NCBI GenBank assembly: GCA_008632985.1 | Contig: QPGO01000022.1 | Location: 62,001-126,000, forward strand | Origin: Psammoneis japonica | Lineage: Eukaryota | Reading direction: 5' to 3' | DNA: 64,000 nucleotides | Part shown: one piece after another, positions 1 through 13,047 of the stretch | Position numbering within the stretch: position 1 is the stretch's first letter | Layout of the letters: the number at the start of each line of letters is the position of its first letter | The notes under the pieces: generated by a model | Told to the model about the DNA's origin: nothing | The model's input: only the letters and a program-made list of their open reading frames with translations | The model's database searches: none | Program-made: the position numbers and the translations under genes

Positions 1-1712
1 GTGAGCAGGACTCCTTGGGGGCATTGCAGTCTTGCAAATCTTGATGCCAAGAAAATCAACAAGTTCTTGCTTGTTTTGCAACTCAAACACATGATGTTGT
101 TTCTCATCTTGCAGCCACCCCCAGGGCTTTGATCCTTTGTTCTTTCCAGCATGAACAGCATTGTCAACACAGACCACTCGAATCATCTCATCCTTGAAGA
201 ACAGGCATGGTTGACTTGTGACTGAGTCCACAACATTCGAGATTTGTTTTGACGACACTCTGAAGCTTGTCCTCAAGCACCAGAGATGTCCAGACTGGAG
301 AGCAGCCAGCGTTCTTGTGGAACATCTCATCATCAAAAAAGCACTCCTGATCAGTGGGTGGCTGTGTGCACACCTCAACAAAATCATTGTCATCACTCAG
401 TTCCATCAAATTGGCAAGTTCAAAAGGCAGAGTGGGTGCATCATTCTTGTCTCTGTCTGAGTGCACCACCAACTCACATTTGAGCTGTGTCATGCCTTGG
501 GAGAGCAGCACTGGATGAGCACACTGTGGGCAACAGGTCAACTCAGTCATCAAGAGCAGAGACAACATTTTGAGTCTGCCAAGAGCATGGGGAGTTAAAG
601 GGCTGAAAAGGGTGGGGAAGAGTGTGGCCAGCCACCATGCAATGGAGCAATTTTGCACACAATGACATCCCCATGGCAGGGATGGCAACACAGGGTGGGC
701 ACACGTTTGAACAGGCAGACATGGTGGGGTGAGAATCCTCAGCAGAGATGCCACAGGCAAAGATGGTGTGAGCTTGGGGCCCCACCAGGTGGCGGTCTGG
801 TGCCAGATTTGGCTTGGACATGGCATCAATGCAGTGCTGCTCAGTGGCAGGGAGAGCAGAATTGTCAAAGGGGGCACCAACTGGCTTGTGCTGTGGGGGG
901 TCTTTGTTGGGGAACATGACACCAGCATTGTCCCAAGAGAAGTTGCCACAGCTGCCAAAGCAATGCTGCAGTCACCAGCATCTTCAAGCTCAACAGTCTT
1001 GACTGCAATCTTGGTGAGCTCCCTCTGAGATGCAGGAGCTGGCTTGCAGAAGCCTTTTGCAGTTGGTGCAGCCAGCAGAGGATGGATCCTTGACTTGCAG
1101 GACAATGAAGCCCAGTTCACACTGGTTCCTTGCCGCCAACAGGAGCATCCCTGGGCAAGTCAGTTGGATCGGAGGCAGTCTGGGTGGCCAGCCCAAGTGG
1201 GTGCCTGAGCACAGGTCATTGATGGTTGATGGAGGTGAGGTCACCCACAAGCTGCTCTTGCTTGGACAGCTTGTGAGCATGGTCCAGTTTCCTGTGATTT
1301 GTGCATGTCATGTCCCTGTGACACCAGTGTGTTTGAAAGAGTGCACTTTTCACAGAAACAGGTCAAACCAGACTTGCTCACAATGGGCTTAGAGGGATCC
1401 ACCAGATGGGCACAACAACGGGGCTTCTTGGTGTGAGCAACTCCTTGGGTTTGGCTCTTGTTTCTCAGCAGGGGAAGTTTCAATGGCAGCAGCACATGTC
1501 ATTGATGCTGGCACTTTTTTTCTTTTGCTGTTGTTGTTCACATGCTTGGAACACTTGCATGGGGCTGTGCCAGCCCACCCAGTGGCATGTTGTGGCTCCA
1601 CAGGAGTGGTGGGCACTGCTGCAATCAGATTTGGAGGCATTGTGGCTCTGAGGGGGCTCAGTCAAGAAGCTGAGCCAATCCTCATCAGCATTCAGAAGAT
1701 GCTGGTGACTGT

Positions 1713-4270
1713 TTGAGAGGCAATGTCACTGCAGGCGGTGGGTGTGCTTCACAAAACATGCGGTTGAATGAAGAAGGAGTGACAGAACCTCAAGTCACTG
1801 AGGGGCTCAGGAAAGAGCACGTAGAAACAATGTGTTGCATGTCTGACACACTTTGTGATTGGGCAAAAGCTGCTCCCGGATGGGACGAAGTGCCGTTTGC
1901 TGCAGACAAAAGGCGCAACAATTACTTTGCTTCCAAACTTTGCGACAAATTTGGTCTCAACCGTGTCAACAAGAACGGCAAGCAGGCACAACTGTTTGAG
2001 CACTTTACACTGGCCATGACTTCGTTGGACGAGTTAGATCCTGTCACCAAACTGGCCACATTGCTCGGATGCCATGTAGACAACTTGAATTGCAGGAAAA
2101 AAAACTGCAACGCTCTCATGTGCACGCACTTTCATGTGTGCATTGATGGTGAGTTGTTGCTGTGTTCTGTCTTTCATTTTTAATTCGTGCAACATACATG
2201 CTCTAACGTCGTTGTTGAATTATTTTCTATCAGGCAAATGGTGTCGAATTTGTCTGATCGGATGTGGTCGTCGTTGCTGCTCCAAGCACTTCACTCGTTT
2301 AGCTGGCAGTGACGAATTTCTTCACCAGATGTTGAACTTCTTCCACTCCTTGCCCGAAGAGTGTCGCCAAATCAATGCACGTTTCTTGCTGCCATCACGT
2401 TCTGTTGGGGTTCACCATCCTTTCCCCAACATGAACAAAATGGTGTGGCACTCGGCCTTCGCCTCTGCCACACTGTGCGTGCTGCGGTCTTGTCCAATCT
2501 CCATGGAGCAAGCTTGTGAGTTGCTCTTGCCAGTGGGATGGTTGACCACCCCCATTCAGATGTACGAAGTGTGTGAAGGATGGGCGAAGAATGGTCTTCC
2601 CACCACCGGCAATCTCACCAAGGTGTTCATCGATGAATGCGTGCGCCGTTGTGGTGGGTCACTGCATGGCGACGGCAGTCGCTTGCAGCCAGCATTCAAT
2701 TGCTCTGCCACAGACGTGGCGACATGTCGTGCATTGTTTGCTCTTCTTCAATCTATTCGCAAGTCTACGCTGGGGAGTTAGATTGCGAAGGAGTGATCAA
2801 GCTTCTGACGCACCATGACAAGAAGAACAACGTTCCAAATGTGATTGGTGTGAGGGACATTGGTGCACAGCATCTGGTTGCAGTCGGCAGCATTGTAGCC
2901 ATGTACGAGGATGCAACGTTGGTGGAGCAAGCTTGGGTGTGTTCATCCACACGCACGTGTGAGGTTGTCAACGAGACATTCGGAATTAGAGCTCCCGTGG
3001 TAAACGAATGTTACAAGAAGTTTGCTCGACTCACTGGTGCAAATGCAGCAGTGTCGGAGAATGTTGCTTGTGAACAACTCAGAACTTTGGGTGAAATGTA
3101 GACGGTGTGACGTCCGAGCTTGTCAAGAGTGGCATTTCTCTACGGATGCAGAAGAATGGCCACTGTCATCGACCCGACACTGTTCACCATGATCAATCGA
3201 TCTTCGAAATTGAAAACGGCATTAGGATGGAATCCTTCAAGAAGTGTCATTCGAATGAAGGAGAGGAGCACGATCTGGTGCGTCAGCCAATGGAACTTCC
3301 TCAATGCAAGGTCAACAAGAGACTTGACATAGATTGTCCCTGGGTGCTGGGAAAGTTTGCATCCCTGAAACCAGTGGAAGCAAAAACTTCCGAAACATCC
3401 GTCCTCCCAGAAGATCGCAAGAAGAACGGCACTAGAAAGAAGAAGAGTGCCAAATTCAACAGAAACAGTCACTCTGGCACAGGAAGAAACTGCGCATGGG
3501 AAGCAGCTCTTCGAGAAAAGATAGACAAGAATTCCAAGCTTGACTTTGAGATCACTAAATGTGAAGAGAATGATTGACCTTGCTACACCAGCGTCAGTGA
3601 AGATCTCAAGTTAACATTGACTCTCAGCAGACGAAGCGTGACTCGGAACTCGACGCGTCCCAACTTGGAAAGTACATTTGGAGCCAACCAATCAGACGGC
3701 ACCTGTCGAACAATGGAATTGGCGAAATTGGCCATGACCAGTCTTGGTGCAGTAGCTTCTCGGAAAAGGAAAAGAGGGAAACGCCAATTGGTCCATTTTA
3801 CAACCAATGAACAATTTGGTCTGGATCCCATTTTTACTGCCACTTTTAATTCTGTGCAACAAGTGCTTTTGCGGAAGAACTGCCACGATTGCATTTTGCC
3901 ATTGGAAGGACTGGTGGCACATGAGAGAGATGTCGCGTTCTGCCAGACACGTGCACAAGCCGAAGCCACTGTCCTTCTGAAAGCTGTCTTGTGTCACACG
4001 TCAGGAACTAAGACGCGTTCAGAAACAAAGACAGATCCAAAATGGGCTGTAGATTTTCTACCAGATTCAAGAATGAATGCTTTGGGTAGAGATTTTGTCA
4101 TGTTGCACACATGCACTAGTGCGGGTCATGGTAAAAACTCAAGAGCAGCAAATGCATTGCTTGGTGTGCTGTTCTTTCGAGGCGGATGCCGGATTTTGTC
4201 TGTTCCCACCAACAAAATGGATTTGAAAAGGATGTGGCAAGACTGCTGTTTACAAAAGTTACAGTTGAAG
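1713..4270 (+). pseudogene. Degenerate multi-domain gene with one intron; candidate DNA base-modification protein (TET/JBP-like HxD region plus HhH / aG-PT-PPlase-like region)
   Basis: ORF pieces 1713-2183, 2134-2781, 2637-3101, 3107-3577 and 3617-~4270 are colinear. GT-AG intron at about 2149-2233 (GTGAGT...CTCTAAC...TCAG) joins 'HVCIDG' to 'KWCRICLIGCGRR'. Motifs: HVDNLN, GVRDIGAQHL, SENVACEQLR. Frameshifts and stops are present. The family assignment is inference. Confidence 0.45.
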
Positions 4271-7200
4271 TGTGCAACCACCAGCAAATGCTTGCCAATG
4301 GTTGAGCATTCAATGTTGTTGCATCGCCAACAATTGTTTCCGCATCCACAGGAATTGTCGTACAACTGCCTTTATAATGTGGCAAAATTGCAAGCTGGGG
4401 AAGGAATCGACATTGCGATCGAGATTGTTGGTCATCCGTCCGTTGGCGCTGTCGACGACTTTGCTCTTCTCTGTCAATGTTTTCTCTTGTTCGTCTGTGA
4501 CTGGGAACACCAGGTGGCAGCTCCATAGTTCCACAATGGATGATCCGTAAGTCATTCCCAGCTTCACTCCATTCAAGCACTTTCTCCCGAGCAATGTTGT
4601 GGGCAGCATCGGCCGATGCAGGACGTCGATGTTGGTGTGTTGCATTTTGCCATGCAGCTTCGAACGTCTCTCTTTTGGCTTTGTCACCATCAAATCCGCA
4701 CACAAATGCATGGCAAGTCCAAGGTCGCAGGAAATCAGATGACGACAATCTTGATCCTGATCCTCGATTGTGCTCATCAATCCGACGAAAAAGATCATTG
4801 GTGTGACCAACACATGCAGACGTGTTGTCTTTCACTGAAAGTGGCAAGTGCACAAATCCCGATTCATCCCTGAGACAATCAAAGTCTTTCGGACGGCATG
4901 GAAAGCATCTTAAGTCAAGCTCCGGTAGAGTCGTTTCACTCCCTTGAAATTTCTTAAGGAAGCAACACATGAAATCTGTGCATTGAGTGCGACGGAGGAG
5001 TGCGTTAGCCAGAGCATCTGCTGTTTCATCAGGCTCGCCAACAAAGATGGTGTCTTGTCCACGTCTTGTTCTAGACAAGAGAACTACAATCTGTTCTCGC
5101 GTCCAAAGAGAACACTCCTTCGATGCATTGATTTCTGTCACCAAAGTTTCCATTGTTTGACCCATGATGGAGTGATTGGTGCAAGCAACTCGATGTCGCA
5201 AACCATGTTGAGTCCGTTGAACTTGAAGTCCGCCTCGGAAAGAATGTGTTCTCGATGGAACACAAGGCATTGAAACTTCTCTCCATTGCAATTGAAGAAG
5301 CAAGGATTTGGAAGCACCTTGAGGAGGAAGACTCTCACATCCCTCAGGGGCGACTGTCACTCAAACAGGTTCCATGTTGCGCACTTGTTGGGCCGATGGC
5401 ATTTCTTCCTCACACATGGCAGCAAGTTGCTTGGCAGAGCATTTGTTCTCTCTGTCATGTGACACTTCATAGACTGCTCCGGGAAAGAAAAGTAACTCCG
5501 ATGGCATCTTTGATTCTTTGGACAGATGTTTTGACACCATGGCCGAGCGGCCAGCTCTCCAATGTCCTTCCAGCGTGGATTCTTCATCCTGAGCCATGGC
5601 CGTGACACTTGGCACGTGGCCAGCATTGCGCATCTTGTCAATGAGCATCTTCTCTGCTTGGAAGACTGCGCTCCACCTCCGAACACCCTGAGAGCTGAGT
5701 CCGGAATGCCGGGGTCGTCCCAACCTGGGACATGATGGAAAACAGACTTGATGAGACTTTTAAACTCCAACATTGTCTCTTGTGTCAAGTCTGTTGGAAG
5801 AATTCTTGTCATGTCTTGCACTCGTTTGTGTGGTTCATCTGAAGTGGCTCTCACAGATTGCTTCAACTGAAACAATGCAAAAGAGGTCAACAAAAATGGA
5901 GACAACAGTGGAGGACGACCTCAAACTGGGGGCAACTGCAAAGGGTCCATCGCAGATGCAACCAAAACGCCACCCATGAAAGCATTGGATCTGCGAATGC
6001 GACACAGCAAAACATCCAAAGCAGCAAGCAACTCTGCTGACACCTGTCCAAGTTCGTCTGTTGACAACACGTCGCGCATCTCAAGTGCAGCATTTCCTTC
6101 AGTTTGCTGTGCAGTTTCATGATGGTGAGTTCAGCTTGTCGTGCGGGGGACCTGTGACCAGGCCTCAGTCGAGACCATCCATGCATGTGCCGTCCTCCCA
6201 AAGCCAACGCACGCTCGGCCATGTGAGCTGTCGACAAAGTGGCAAGGCCACGAGACATTGCCTTGATGCCCGCCATCTCCACTCCACAAAAGGTTTTCCC
6301 ACACCCCGGACCACCTGCAACACAGACAGATTTTGTGACCGTTCTGGTGTTGGCAACACAACCATCCAATGCATTGTCCATTTTGTTGAGAACCAGACGT
6401 TGTTCCTCGAAAGACTCTCGGTTTTGTTGCTCAACATCAAAACGCACCTCGATCTCATCATGAACCGGGTTGTCAATGGTGGCTTCCAATGTTGCATCTT
6501 CAGATGGCAAAGTGACATTGGTCAAGTGTCTTAACCGAGCAATCAGTGCGTGGCACAAGGTGGGCTGCAATTTGTTTCGATGTTCATTCAAATCATTGTC
6601 CACCTGACGAACTAAGTGAGTTTGTGTTGCGGAAGGAGTTTCACCTGACGGAAGGCAGTCATCTACCACAATGCCGCACAATGCTCGTTTGGCATCGGCA
6701 CTCATTCTGTCAAAACTCTGAGATCCTCCCGGAGCACATGTGAGTTGTTCCCCCATGTGCCGTCGCAAGAGCCGGCGACAACATTCTTCCTCACGGCCAA
6801 GAACCAGCAGTTTGCTGCTTGTCAAAGCTTGTCTCAGATTTCCACCGGCAAATGTGTCACACTCATTGTCCATTTTACCCATGCTTGCAACAAGGTGCAC
6901 GACAAAAGCTTCCGGTCTGCTTGGATGGACACTGTCAAACCACACCACAGGCAGAACCTGTCCCTCATCTGAAGTGTCAAGAAAGAGGTTTGCACGTTTG
7001 GCCAACCACGTCTTGTCTCTCAATGACAACGAGTGACAAGGAGCATTGGTCAAGCGGTGCAGTGATTGAATGCACGTTCCATTTGAATTCTTGGAGACAG
7101 GTCACCAGCAACGCATCCAAAATCTTCATCCGTCAATGTCGCCATGTGTTCAATTGCCTCAGGAAGAGCTGCGACTCGCAATCTGATGTCACAATTTGTT

Positions 7201-10200
7201 CCATCAATCCAGCTTGTTTTTGAACAACACTCATCCAATGCTTCATCAAATCGCAGCTGAGCATCATCGAAGGCACCACATCCACTTAAACTGTCTCGTG
7301 TGAGCCATCGGAAGTGATGTTTTTGTTCCCGAGCAAACCGCAGCTCTGGAGGTCGAACGGCAAAAACAGTCCCAGAATCTGTTGAAACACTTGAAAGCAA
7401 TTGATCCTTCAGCATGAGTGATTCAGAAGCTGTGTGCATCCTCCAACGAGGAAATCGTCGTTTTAATTGCTGTTCGTGGCTGGGCACAACAGCTCTGCTG
7501 TCCAGGTCTCTTGGTTCTCTTGCTCGACCCGTTGGATCAACAACGCCCTCTCTTTGAAGCTTCTCGATCGTTGGCCGTCTGTCAAAAGCCGGGCGCATCT
7601 CTGTGGCCACTGCAGACACGTGAGCAAACCTGATGTCCGTGTGCACTTGTGGATGTCCCAAAATTGTAGATGTCATTTCCATCAATCCAGTTGCTCGTCC
7701 TTTTGATTGATGCTCACAATGCCGAGAGGTCCTGTGTCTTTCTTTCTCTTGCATGGCAGACAAGGCAACCTTGGTGTTTGCCAAGTGTTCCATGGCAACT
7801 TCAAAGGACCTGCCTTCCTTTCCTGCAGCAATTCCTGCTTGCACTCGATTGTGCTCATCGACGCTTGCAACATGCTTCGCCAAGCATCGAGACACCAAGC
7901 AACCAGTGCAGAATTGAAGATTCTGTGATGATCTGGTTGCAGCAAAAAGACGTCGTTGCATGCACTTGTCTTGCCCTCTGCAGCAGCGGCTGGAGGACAG
8001 TGTTTCCACGCTTCCAATCTAGCATCTGTTGCAACCCATCTTCCGGTTTCTTCACTCTTCTGCATGAGTCCAGCATCAGCCATCGCTTCACAAGCTTGTT
8101 CCGAGTGCACAATGTCGAGCAACCTCATCGTGTGTTCATTGGCAAATGGATTCTCAAGACCGTTGTCAGACACTCGACAAACAATGTCCCCATTTTTGTT
8201 CCTGCGCATGCAACGATTGCTGCAGATGCGTGACAACAGTCGACGGGAAAGGTCTCTTGCAGCTGGCAAATCATTTTCATCCGCAAGAATGCCCTCTTCA
8301 ATCAAACTTCTAACCTCATTGACTCGAATCAAGTCACCCAAATTTCCTCGAATGCAGTCCTTGATGACATCATCACCCCCGGTCCCACCCAACGTTGTCA
8401 GAGCATGCATGTGGGACAAATTGCCAGCAGCATCCTGACACTCATGACGATGCCAATGTCTCTTTGCAGGAGCACCAAATGGAAGCTCTTGACTCTTGGC
8501 AAGGTGTGACATGAAGAACTCTGTTGTCTCCACCCAGTTTCGCAACAGAAGCACCGCTGCCATTTGGTTCAACGACTCTTTTGCCTCTTGGCACTGTGCA
8601 TGAGTTGTCACCTTGTGTTGACTGCATGCTTCATCCAAGCATTCGTCACTGTCAAGCCATCGCTTCAATTCCTTGACCCCAAAATGATCTCTTTGATTGC
8701 GTGCAAAGGCAGCAAAAAGAGTGTGTTGTTCCACGTTTCCAGCCGCCGACAACTGATTCACCACCGGATGGGAATCGATCATGTCAGTGTCGAACAACGG
8801 AGCGCCCGTTTCCTTTGAACGGACACCCCCTTTCCTTGTCGTGGCGCAAAGCCCCAGTTTAGCATGACTCGAGAGTCATCGGATCTTAGTTCCAAATTTG
8901 CCAACGAATCAAATGAGTGCATGAGACATCGGGGATCCGCAGAACAGAGCAAACCGGGATCCATCGTTCTTGTCCCAATGTGATCCTCTACGCTGGCAAA
9001 ACCATTCTCGGAAGTGAATCCACTTTTGGTCAACAAGCCGCTGGGAAGAGAACCAACAACACTCCCATTGTGGAACGAACACCAAAACGTAGAAGGAAAG
9101 AGCATCGACTCTGGATGCACCAACGGCACCGACTTTCCAGCTGCCACCGACACTGTCCTTTGCAAAAAATTGTTGGTTGTGGTGCTGCCTGCAATTTCAT
9201 GTTCTGATCTAGTCAGCAGGCTTCCACAATTGTTGAGAATGACACAACCTGGTGTGCAAGTTCCTGGGGCACACGAGAAGGACGGAGCTTCTTCATCAAC
9301 CGCAGGAGTGTTCGAAAACACATCCTCCGAGAATTCAAAATTTAAACCGTCGCAAAATCCAAAAATGTCACCAAACTGTTCTGTGTTTTCAAAATCTCCA
9401 TCAGGCTCAAATCCTTGACACACATTAAAATCATCATCCAAGACTTCTTCCCAATCTTCACAATCTGCGTCGGATGTGTCAGTGTCAGCTGCAGAGGGTG
9501 TTGCCGGAGAAGCTTCATCATCAAAAGTGTCGATGTCGCCCATGTCAAAACCATCATCAACAATGTTCTGTTCCTCCCTGCCATCATGAAGCAAACCACC
9601 ACCATCTCGTAGCTCATCGTCCCTCTCACTGTCGTTTGGAGCTGCATTGTCAATGACACCAAAATGTGTCTTGTCAACGTTGGGTGGAATCTCCTTGTGA
9701 TGAACCGTGCACACTCTTGTGTTGCAACCGTCGACAGGACATTGAAAGCTGCATTGTTTCACACAACCATTTGCACAACAACTGCATTTCTTCCGAAATG
9801 GTGAAACGACCAATGGAGCATCATGGCATCGACAGTGTGCCCTCGTCTGTCCCCCGAGCGATGCCAAGAATCCATCATGAAGATGTCATGCACAAACACC
9901 CACTTCCCAATTGTTGCTCAAAGCATCAATTCTAAAGTCATCATCTGTCTTGTGAAAAAAAGGATGACAACATTGAACGTTGTTGGCACGAAAACACTTC
10001 CACCATCCGGGAAACATGTCATCTCCATGACGACTGTAAACTGAACCCGTCCATTTTTGGTTTTCATTGTCCCATGTCGATGCACTGACAAAGCGGAGCT
10101 CCCACTCACTCCCATCGCTTTTAATGCTGTCTCGCAGTGGCGCGGCTTGAGCATGGTCTAGAGCATGATCAACGACAATCACGACATCAAACAGTGGATT

Positions 10201-13047
10201 GCGAACACGGACATCATCCGGACTCAACACCCCTGCCACAACGGAAACCCCGGACACATCCCGGAACAAACAATGGAACTCAAAACCATTTCTGAACATC
10301 GCATCCAGTTGAAGTCTGCTGTGCCGCAACAACTTTTCTCGAATTCTTTCCACCGGCCGATCTGTCACAGAAAAATGATTTTTGCCACCCCCTCAAAACG
10401 TGCACTCTGGAAAACATTTTTTCGCTGCCATTTGCAAAACAAAACCCTGCCACGCATTGTTGCACCGCACACTGTCGTCGGTCAATTCCCACAATTGAGG
10501 CACACAAACAAGCACAGCAACCATGAAAAAGAGCAGTCTGTCATCGACTCTCGATTCATGAAATGGAGGCAATGGCGGAAACTCTGCACCAAACTCTCCA
10601 TTCCGACAAGGATGCACTCCAGTCAACCATCTGGGCCAATGACTCTTGAAAGGTTCGTGAGATGCTGTGCCACTGGCATCAATGACACGCAACAATGGCC
10701 GACTCTCTAACTTTGCAAGCTGCTGCAGTTTCAGAGCATCATGCAAAGCAACAAAAGTGGCTCCTGCCCGAGCCTCATCTGCTTCTGCCGGTGGCTCGTG
10801 CTGATCAGAACAGGTCAACATGTCTTCCCCTTCTTGAGACAACAAAATCCTGCCCTCTTCCTTCCACCGGCTGAACATGCCGTGCACGTCCGGCCGATTT
10901 CTTGGCATCACGGCCTCTTGCTCTTGTCTCAACAAAGAATCAGACTCAAAGTTGTGTGCATCCCCCAAGAACAAAGCATCCAACCCATTGAAGTTCCCCT
11001 TCATTTTACACATTTGATGCCCGTTTGAAAATTCTGAACACTTCATAGACTTCATTGTCCTGGGACGCAACACAGCAGGTGCCAATTGACCAGCATTCTT
11101 GCCAGGTGGATTCGAGCACAGATGTGCAGATGGATGAATGTGTCGTTTGTTGTGTCCTTGATCATGCTCTCGACAGGTCATCATCACCGGGCCTTTTAAT
11201 GTAAACCGGATAGAAGGTTTAATCCGCCATCGACCCTTGCCACATGCCAAGTCTTCTTGCCGAGTAAAACAGTCCGGGCGCGACCCGATGAGTTTCCTTC
11301 TTTTTGTTTTACAATTCTCAAACGTCTTTGTCATGGGTCCGTCCAAATGGTGCGCCATTGTCACATCCAAAGGAAACTCACCCTCGCAATGTGCATGGTC
11401 GGTGCACCCCCACGGACAACGACAAATGGGGTGCAATTTCCTGTTCAGTGTGTCAGCCAACACTCCCAGCCGCAGTTCCTCTGCTGGAACCGTCAAATCA
11501 CGGTGCCACAAAGTCATCTCATGAACAAATGAAGAAGGTCAATTTATGGCACAATCGCGGCAGCCCCAACCTGTGTTTCTCACCAACGCCACCCACCAAT
11601 GTCACCACTCTTGAGGAACTAGACACCACACATTCGAAGCTCTGTTGGCAGCTGCAACTCGTTCATCAGAAAGTGTCATCCAGCGAAAAGCCGGCCACAT
11701 CCATTTCCATTGTTTCGACACCGCCGGCAGCAGTTGAGCTCCATCATGTGGCACTTCCAGACAGTTGCAACACTCATCACACATCCCACACAATCCTCCA
11801 ACGTCAGCGGGCACGAAACAAAACTTCTTGTTGCGCATGCCCCTTGGAAAGTTGGCAGCAGAAACTTCCCGCACTCGAAAACTGTCAACATGAGCCAAGC
11901 CCGCATTGGCGCCATTTGTCATTTCTTCCCAACAACAATTGATGCAGAAACGACCACTCCCGTTGACAGATTCATTGTTCGACGTGTCTGTGTCATCAAA
12001 ATCGCACCCCAATCAATGGACAAATGCTGGCTAATGTCAAGTGCATTGTCAAGCATGTCGTCGACGACACCAAGACCACTGCCAGAATCAGATAGTTCCA
12101 CACTACCCCAATCACTGCCCACACTCTCTCGTGACAACGAAACACCATTGTCAGCGGTGTGCGGCGCACCAAGGGTGCCACAACCAACACTCGCCTTTTC
12201 GCAAAGACGACAATGCCCGTCATTGCAAATGAGTCTGTTCTTGTGAACAAGACAAAGTCTTTTTCTGACAGCGGTCTCACGATGGCTTCTCGCCTTTTCA
12301 AACGGCATGCACCACGCCAAAATTGTGACAATTGCCTGGCAAGAAACTTGTTGTTTTCCACATTGACATGAAAACCGTTCCGGGACTTAAACTGAACAAG
12401 ACTCGCATTGGTTGCTTGTCAGATTTTCCCCAAAATTTGGCAGTCGTGGAAAAATTGAACAACCAGCAACCAGTCGACAGCAATCCACATTGCTCAGAAT
12501 CGCACCTCCATTGGGGTTGCCATGCATTGTCCTCCATTGCTCACACATCACATCCACTGTCGACTTGTCACATGCATGACATTGCTGTCCACAACGCGAA
12601 CAACCTTTAAAAACACTTTTTCAGAATCGCTCAGCAGTCGATGTCAGAATCAACAGCGCCCAAAGTGGTGCGATGTGTTCAGCCATTTTACGAAGACCCG
12701 AACACCCCAACGATTCATGCGACCGCAGTGACGTCAAATTACAACCGCAAAAAACAGTCGAAAATCCCCAAAACGACAACATGCCTCGAAAACGAGATCA
12801 TGAAGGTGTGCTTTTCTCTTTGCCGAAAAAACCGCCATGAACCATTTGCAACGAACTGGGAGTGTCATAAAAAGTTGCTGCACGATTCTTTTTTTATGGT
12901 CGAAAAACCATGTTTTTCGTTTGGGGTCAGGCATTCATTGACCCGCCATTCCGGCATGTGGAGAGTTGCCATTGGATTCCAGACCGACTCCGGGTCCCTC
13001 CCCGGCGTCGACCTGTCACACGGCCGACCCACAGAAGCGCAGCCAAC
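1735..13047 (-). mobile_element. Large Helitron-like rolling-circle element (extent approximate)
   Basis: Contains the RepHel pseudogene and the convergent gene. The left limit is a compositional switch near 1735 (CpG-poor to CpG-retaining). The right limit is the junction with truncated Ty3 pol near 13047. No canonical termini were recognised. Confidence 0.55.
4116..12320 (-). pseudogene. Helitron-type Rep (HUH) / PIF1 helicase transposase with C-terminal GIY-YIG nuclease, frameshifted
   Basis: N-terminal CPWGC and 'HPESMLFPSTFW'. Rep motif 1 'TLFAAFARN', motif 2 'RHECQDAAGNLSHMHAL' (~8401-8458), motif 3 'RCLAKHV' (YxxKY, ~7865-7890). Walker A 'GGPGCGKT' (~6290-6316), helicase motifs 'TNHSIMGQT' and 'VLLSRTR'. 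GIY-YIG-like 'VHLPLS..SACVGHTNDLFRRIDEHNRGSG..RPW..FE' (~4520-4870). Confidence 0.85.

Noticed and set aside
188..1716. ORFs in the first 1.7 kb as genes or as the missing Ty3 RT/integrase
   Set aside because: No RT, RNase H or integrase motifs were found. The ORFs are explained by stop-codon loss, and the original identity is not recognisable.
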